In this document: piece after piece, positions 61,244-64,000 of the stretch
Layout of the letters: the number at the start of each line of letters is the position of its first letter
Position numbering within the stretch: position 1 is the first letter of the stretch
Assembly (NCBI GenBank): GCA_052279835.1
Contig: CP181291.1
Span: 5,024,001-5,088,000 of the forward strand
DNA length: 64,000 bases
Direction: 5' to 3'
Source of the DNA: Microcoleus sp.
Lineage (GTDB): Bacteria > Cyanobacteriota > Cyanobacteriia > Cyanobacteriales > Microcoleaceae
Program-made: the position numbers and the translations under genes
The notes under the pieces: generated by a model
Told to the model about the DNA's origin: nothing
Database searches by the model: none
What the model saw: only the letters and a program-made list of their open reading frames with translations

Positions 61244-62926
61244 ATGATGACTATTGAAAAGTTTATTGTCTCCGCTGACCAAATGCGGCAAATAGAAACC
61301 AGAATCTTTGCCGCTGGAATGCCCTCGGCAGCTTTAATGGAAAAAGTCGCCGGACTGGTGGCCAGACGCATTCAGGCGCTTTTGAAGTCCGAGGGAAGAA
61401 GTCCGAGGGAAGAAGAACCCCACCCCCCCAAGGGGAGAAGGAATAGGGATGAGGGATTTGGTTATCTAGGAGAGGAGTCTCAAGGGAAAGATATCGTCAA
61501 TTCTCAATTCCCGGTTATTGGGGTATTGGTGGGGCCGGGACACAATGGCGGGGATGCTTTGGTTGTGGCCCGCGAATTACACTTTAAAGGATTTTCAGTA
61601 ATTATTTACTGCCCGTTTTCTAAACTTAAAGAACTCACAAAAAGTCACTCTGATTATGCGCGTTCTTTAAATATTCCTTTTTTTGATACCATTGAACCGC
61701 TGAAAAAATGCGATTTGTTCATAGATGGTTTATTTGGATTTGGGTTAGAACGGGAAATTGTTCATCCGATTAGCACCGCTATTGATGAAATAAATAAGTT
61801 AAATAAACTTGTTTTTAGTATTGATATTCCGTCGGGAATTCATACTGATACAGGCGCAGTTTTGGGGACGGCGATCAGGGCTACTCATACCTTATGTTTG
61901 GGTTTGTGGAAGTTGGCATTTTTGCAAGATAAAGCGTTAGAATATATCGGGACATCTGAGTTGATTGATTTTGATATTTCCTTGGCAGATATTGTGGCGA
62001 TATTGGGAGATTTCCCGGCAATACAACGGATTACTCCAGCATCTGCAATTCAGTATTTGCCGTTGCCCCGATCGCCTATTGCTCATAAATACACCAACGG
62101 TCATCTACTAATTATTGCAGGTTCAGCCCGGTACAGCGGAGCTGCAATTTTGTCAGCATTAGGAGCAAGGGCAAGCGGGGTGGGAATGCTGTCAATTGCT
62201 GTTCCAATATCGATGAAACCGATGTTGAGCAGTCAGTTACCAGAGGCATTAGTTATAGGATGTCCCGAAACTTCCAGCGGTGCAATTAAGGATTTGCCCC
62301 TAGGAATCGATCTGGGTATCTATGATGCGATCGCGGCGGGGCCTGGTCTGACCTTGGAAGCTGCTATTACGGTAGAATCTCTGTTAGAGAGCGATCGACC
62401 TTTAGTTCTAGATGCCGATGGTTTAAATATACTGGCTCAACTTGGCACTGTGCCGATTTTGTCGGAACGCTCAGCACTAACTATTATCACGCCTCATCCA
62501 GGGGAATTCCAGCGTTTATTTCCCGAATTAGCTGACAAAATGGACTCGCGCATTACCGCAACTCAACAAGCGGCTCAGCTCACCGGTGCAGTGGTATTGT
62601 TGAAAGGAGCCAGAGTTTGCATTTGTTTTGACGACAAGGGCGATTCCCTAGGGGATAGCTACGCTTCACGTACTATCACTTACCTCAATCCCGAAAGTAC
62701 CCCAGCCCTGGCTAGAGGTGGCAGTGGGGACGTTCTCACAGGTTTGTTGGGTGGTTTGATGGCAAGTGCGATCGCCCGCAAATCCTGCCCCAAATCCGTG
62801 GTAGAAACAGCAGTTTGGTGGCACGCTAGAGCGGGTATGATGGCCGCCAAAGAACGGACAGAATTAGGAGTTGATGCTTTTACTTTGACCGAGTATTTAA
62901 TCCCAGCTTTGCGGGAATTTTATTAA
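61244..62926 (+). CDS. nnr: Bifunctional NAD(P)H-hydrate epimerase/dehydratase (YjeF/Nnr) with a short insertion
   Basis: LMEKVA, GPGHNGGD, DIPSG, HKYTNG, LDADGLN, TPHPGEF, LARGGSGDVLTG. Confidence 0.93.
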   Translation: MMTIEKFIVSADQMRQIETRIFAAGMPSAALMEKVAGLVARRIQALLKSEGRSPREEEPHPPKGRRNRDEGFGYLGEESQGKDIVNSQFPVIGVLVGPGHNGGDALVVARELHFKGFSVIIYCPFSKLKELTKSHSDYARSLNIPFFDTIEPLKKCDLFIDGLFGFGLEREIVHPISTAIDEINKLNKLVFSIDIPSGIHTDTGAVLGTAIRATHTLCLGLWKLAFLQDKALEYIGTSELIDFDISLADIVAILGDFPAIQRITPASAIQYLPLPRSPIAHKYTNGHLLIIAGSARYSGAAILSALGARASGVGMLSIAVPISMKPMLSSQLPEALVIGCPETSSGAIKDLPLGIDLGIYDAIAAGPGLTLEAAITVESLLESDRPLVLDADGLNILAQLGTVPILSERSALTIITPHPGEFQRLFPELADKMDSRITATQQAAQLTGAVVLLKGARVCICFDDKGDSLGDSYASRTITYLNPESTPALARGGSGDVLTGLLGGLMASAIARKSCPKSVVETAVWWHARAGMMAAKERTELGVDAFTLTEYLIPALREFY

Positions 62927-62928
62927 TC

Positions 62929-63032
62929 TATAGCAATCTTTGCAGCAGTCGTAAATACTTTTACCCCACCCCAACCCTCCCCTTACTAAGGGGAGGGAGT
63001 AAGAAATTCACAAATGATTTAGGATTGCTATA
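62929..63032. mobile_element. MITE-like element with TATAGCAATC terminal inverted repeats and an internal CTCCCCTTACTAAGGGGAG hairpin
   Basis: TATAGCAATC...GATTGCTATA. Confidence 0.65.
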
Positions 63033-63219
63033 CATCGATCTAACTGAAAGGATTGATACTAGAATTCGGATTGATTTAACCGCAGAGAACACAGAGGACA
63101 CAGAGGAAGAGATAACAGAGATTTGAATAATTCCGATGCAAAGGGTGAATTTATTGTGAGGTGGGCAGGAGAACCCGCCCTGGAATGGCTGACTTAGTTA
63201 GTATGCAGAAAGTCCGAAA

Positions 63220-63693
63220 TTAACCTTTCATTAAATTTTCTAATTTATCAACCATCTTCTCCACAATTCCCTCGGAAGTAGATGCGGCCGATGCTTCCGC
63301 TTCAATCCGCTTGACAACCTCCTCTGGAAGATTCAGTAATTGCACTAATTTTTGATAAGCTGCTGCTTCTTCAGCATTAATTTTTGGTTCATCGGGAGTG
63401 CGAGCACTAGATGCAATCACCTCATAACCTAGTTGCAGCACCAATTCTTTTTCTTCCTGACTTTGTAGTTGACAAATCAACTCCTCTAGAGGAATATTTT
63501 GCATCACATAGTCGCGGAGTTCTTGTTGCAATTGTTGACCATCGACATCGGCGACAAATAAACTGCAAAAGCGATCGAGCATTAAATTGACTTCTTCTGT
63601 TGCTAATTCTCCGTCAGCCCAGGCCATAGATGCAACTATTCTTAACAGGTTCATCTGGCGGGGTGTAATGGATGGAGGAGGTGGGGTTTGCAT
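63220..63693 (-). CDS. TerB-family protein
   Basis: MAWADGELATEE and INAEEAAAY motifs. Confidence 0.85.
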   Translation of the reverse strand: MQTPPPPSITPRQMNLLRIVASMAWADGELATEEVNLMLDRFCSLFVADVDGQQLQQELRDYVMQNIPLEELICQLQSQEEKELVLQLGYEVIASSARTPDEPKINAEEAAAYQKLVQLLNLPEEVVKRIEAEASAASTSEGIVEKMVDKLENLMKG

Positions 63694-63793
63694 AAAAAGT
63701 TTGTTATTGGTTATTGGTTATTTGTTAGTTGTTATTGGTAGGAATCCACCCATAACAACTAATAAATAACTACTAACCATAATGTCACAGTTT

Positions 63794-64000
63794 TTATAAA
63801 GCAACTCCCAGCCACCCGGTAAAGTTTTGTTTCTGAATCAAACTTGGGTGTTCCACCGCCAGAATCTGATAGCGGGCTGGCCGCGGCGGGGCGAGAGTAA
63901 CCCGACAAGTCCGCAGTTCGTCTTGGTGAAACACTGTCACCTCTACCGTGTCCCCAGGCCGATAATCTTTCAGCCTCTCGCTTGCTTGTTCTGCATTTAC
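63794..64000 (-). CDS. 3' end of a PDZ-containing protein, probably an M61 glycyl aminopeptidase (partial; runs off the window)
   Basis: Open frame VNAEQASERLKDYRPGDTVEVTVFHQDELRTCRVTL...QNFTGWLGVAL*. Confidence 0.65.
   Translation of the reverse strand, partial: VNAEQASERLKDYRPGDTVEVTVFHQDELRTCRVTLAPPRPARYQILAVEHPSLIQKQNFTGWLGVAL

Noticed and set aside
1..64000. High frequency of GCGATCGC as a novel signal
   Set aside because: This is the known cyanobacterial HIP1 octamer

Overview
This is a chromosomal window from a filamentous, Oscillatoriales/Microcoleus-like cyanobacterium. The assignment is inferred from very frequent HIP1 GCGATCGC octamers, psaE, ndhO, a devBCA-type exporter, heptamer tandem repeats and a cyanobacteriochrome GAF. 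Housekeeping genes include clpB, polA, recQ, mutM/fpg, mdh, acnB, mnmA, nnr and larC, interspersed with many signalling genes. Most notable: (1) a four-gene SiaA/B/C-like partner-switching operon (PP2C phosphatase, GHKL-like kinase, STAS-like protein) whose output gene is an adenylate cyclase, not a diguanylate cyclase (53.6-58.2 kb); (2) a two-gene STAND/NACHT ATPase plus 14-repeat WD40 sensor pair with variable positions, beside a 1.6-kb repeat pile-up (26.3-32.2 kb); (3) a family of G/C hairpin repeats inserted in frame, and sometimes tandemly amplified, inside four genes; (4) a TetR-devB-vat-devC-devA cassette with a Vat/CatB acetyltransferase and a symmetrically lengthened adaptor; (5) a convergent DXCF-cyanobacteriochrome kinase and LOV-GGDEF-EAL pair; (6) IS200/IS605 remnants, including a 49-bp single-hairpin element; and (7) three apparent single-base lesions (PAS kinase, fpg, PIN toxin). 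No rRNA, tRNA or CRISPR array was recognised. All family calls come from motifs read by eye, with no database search.
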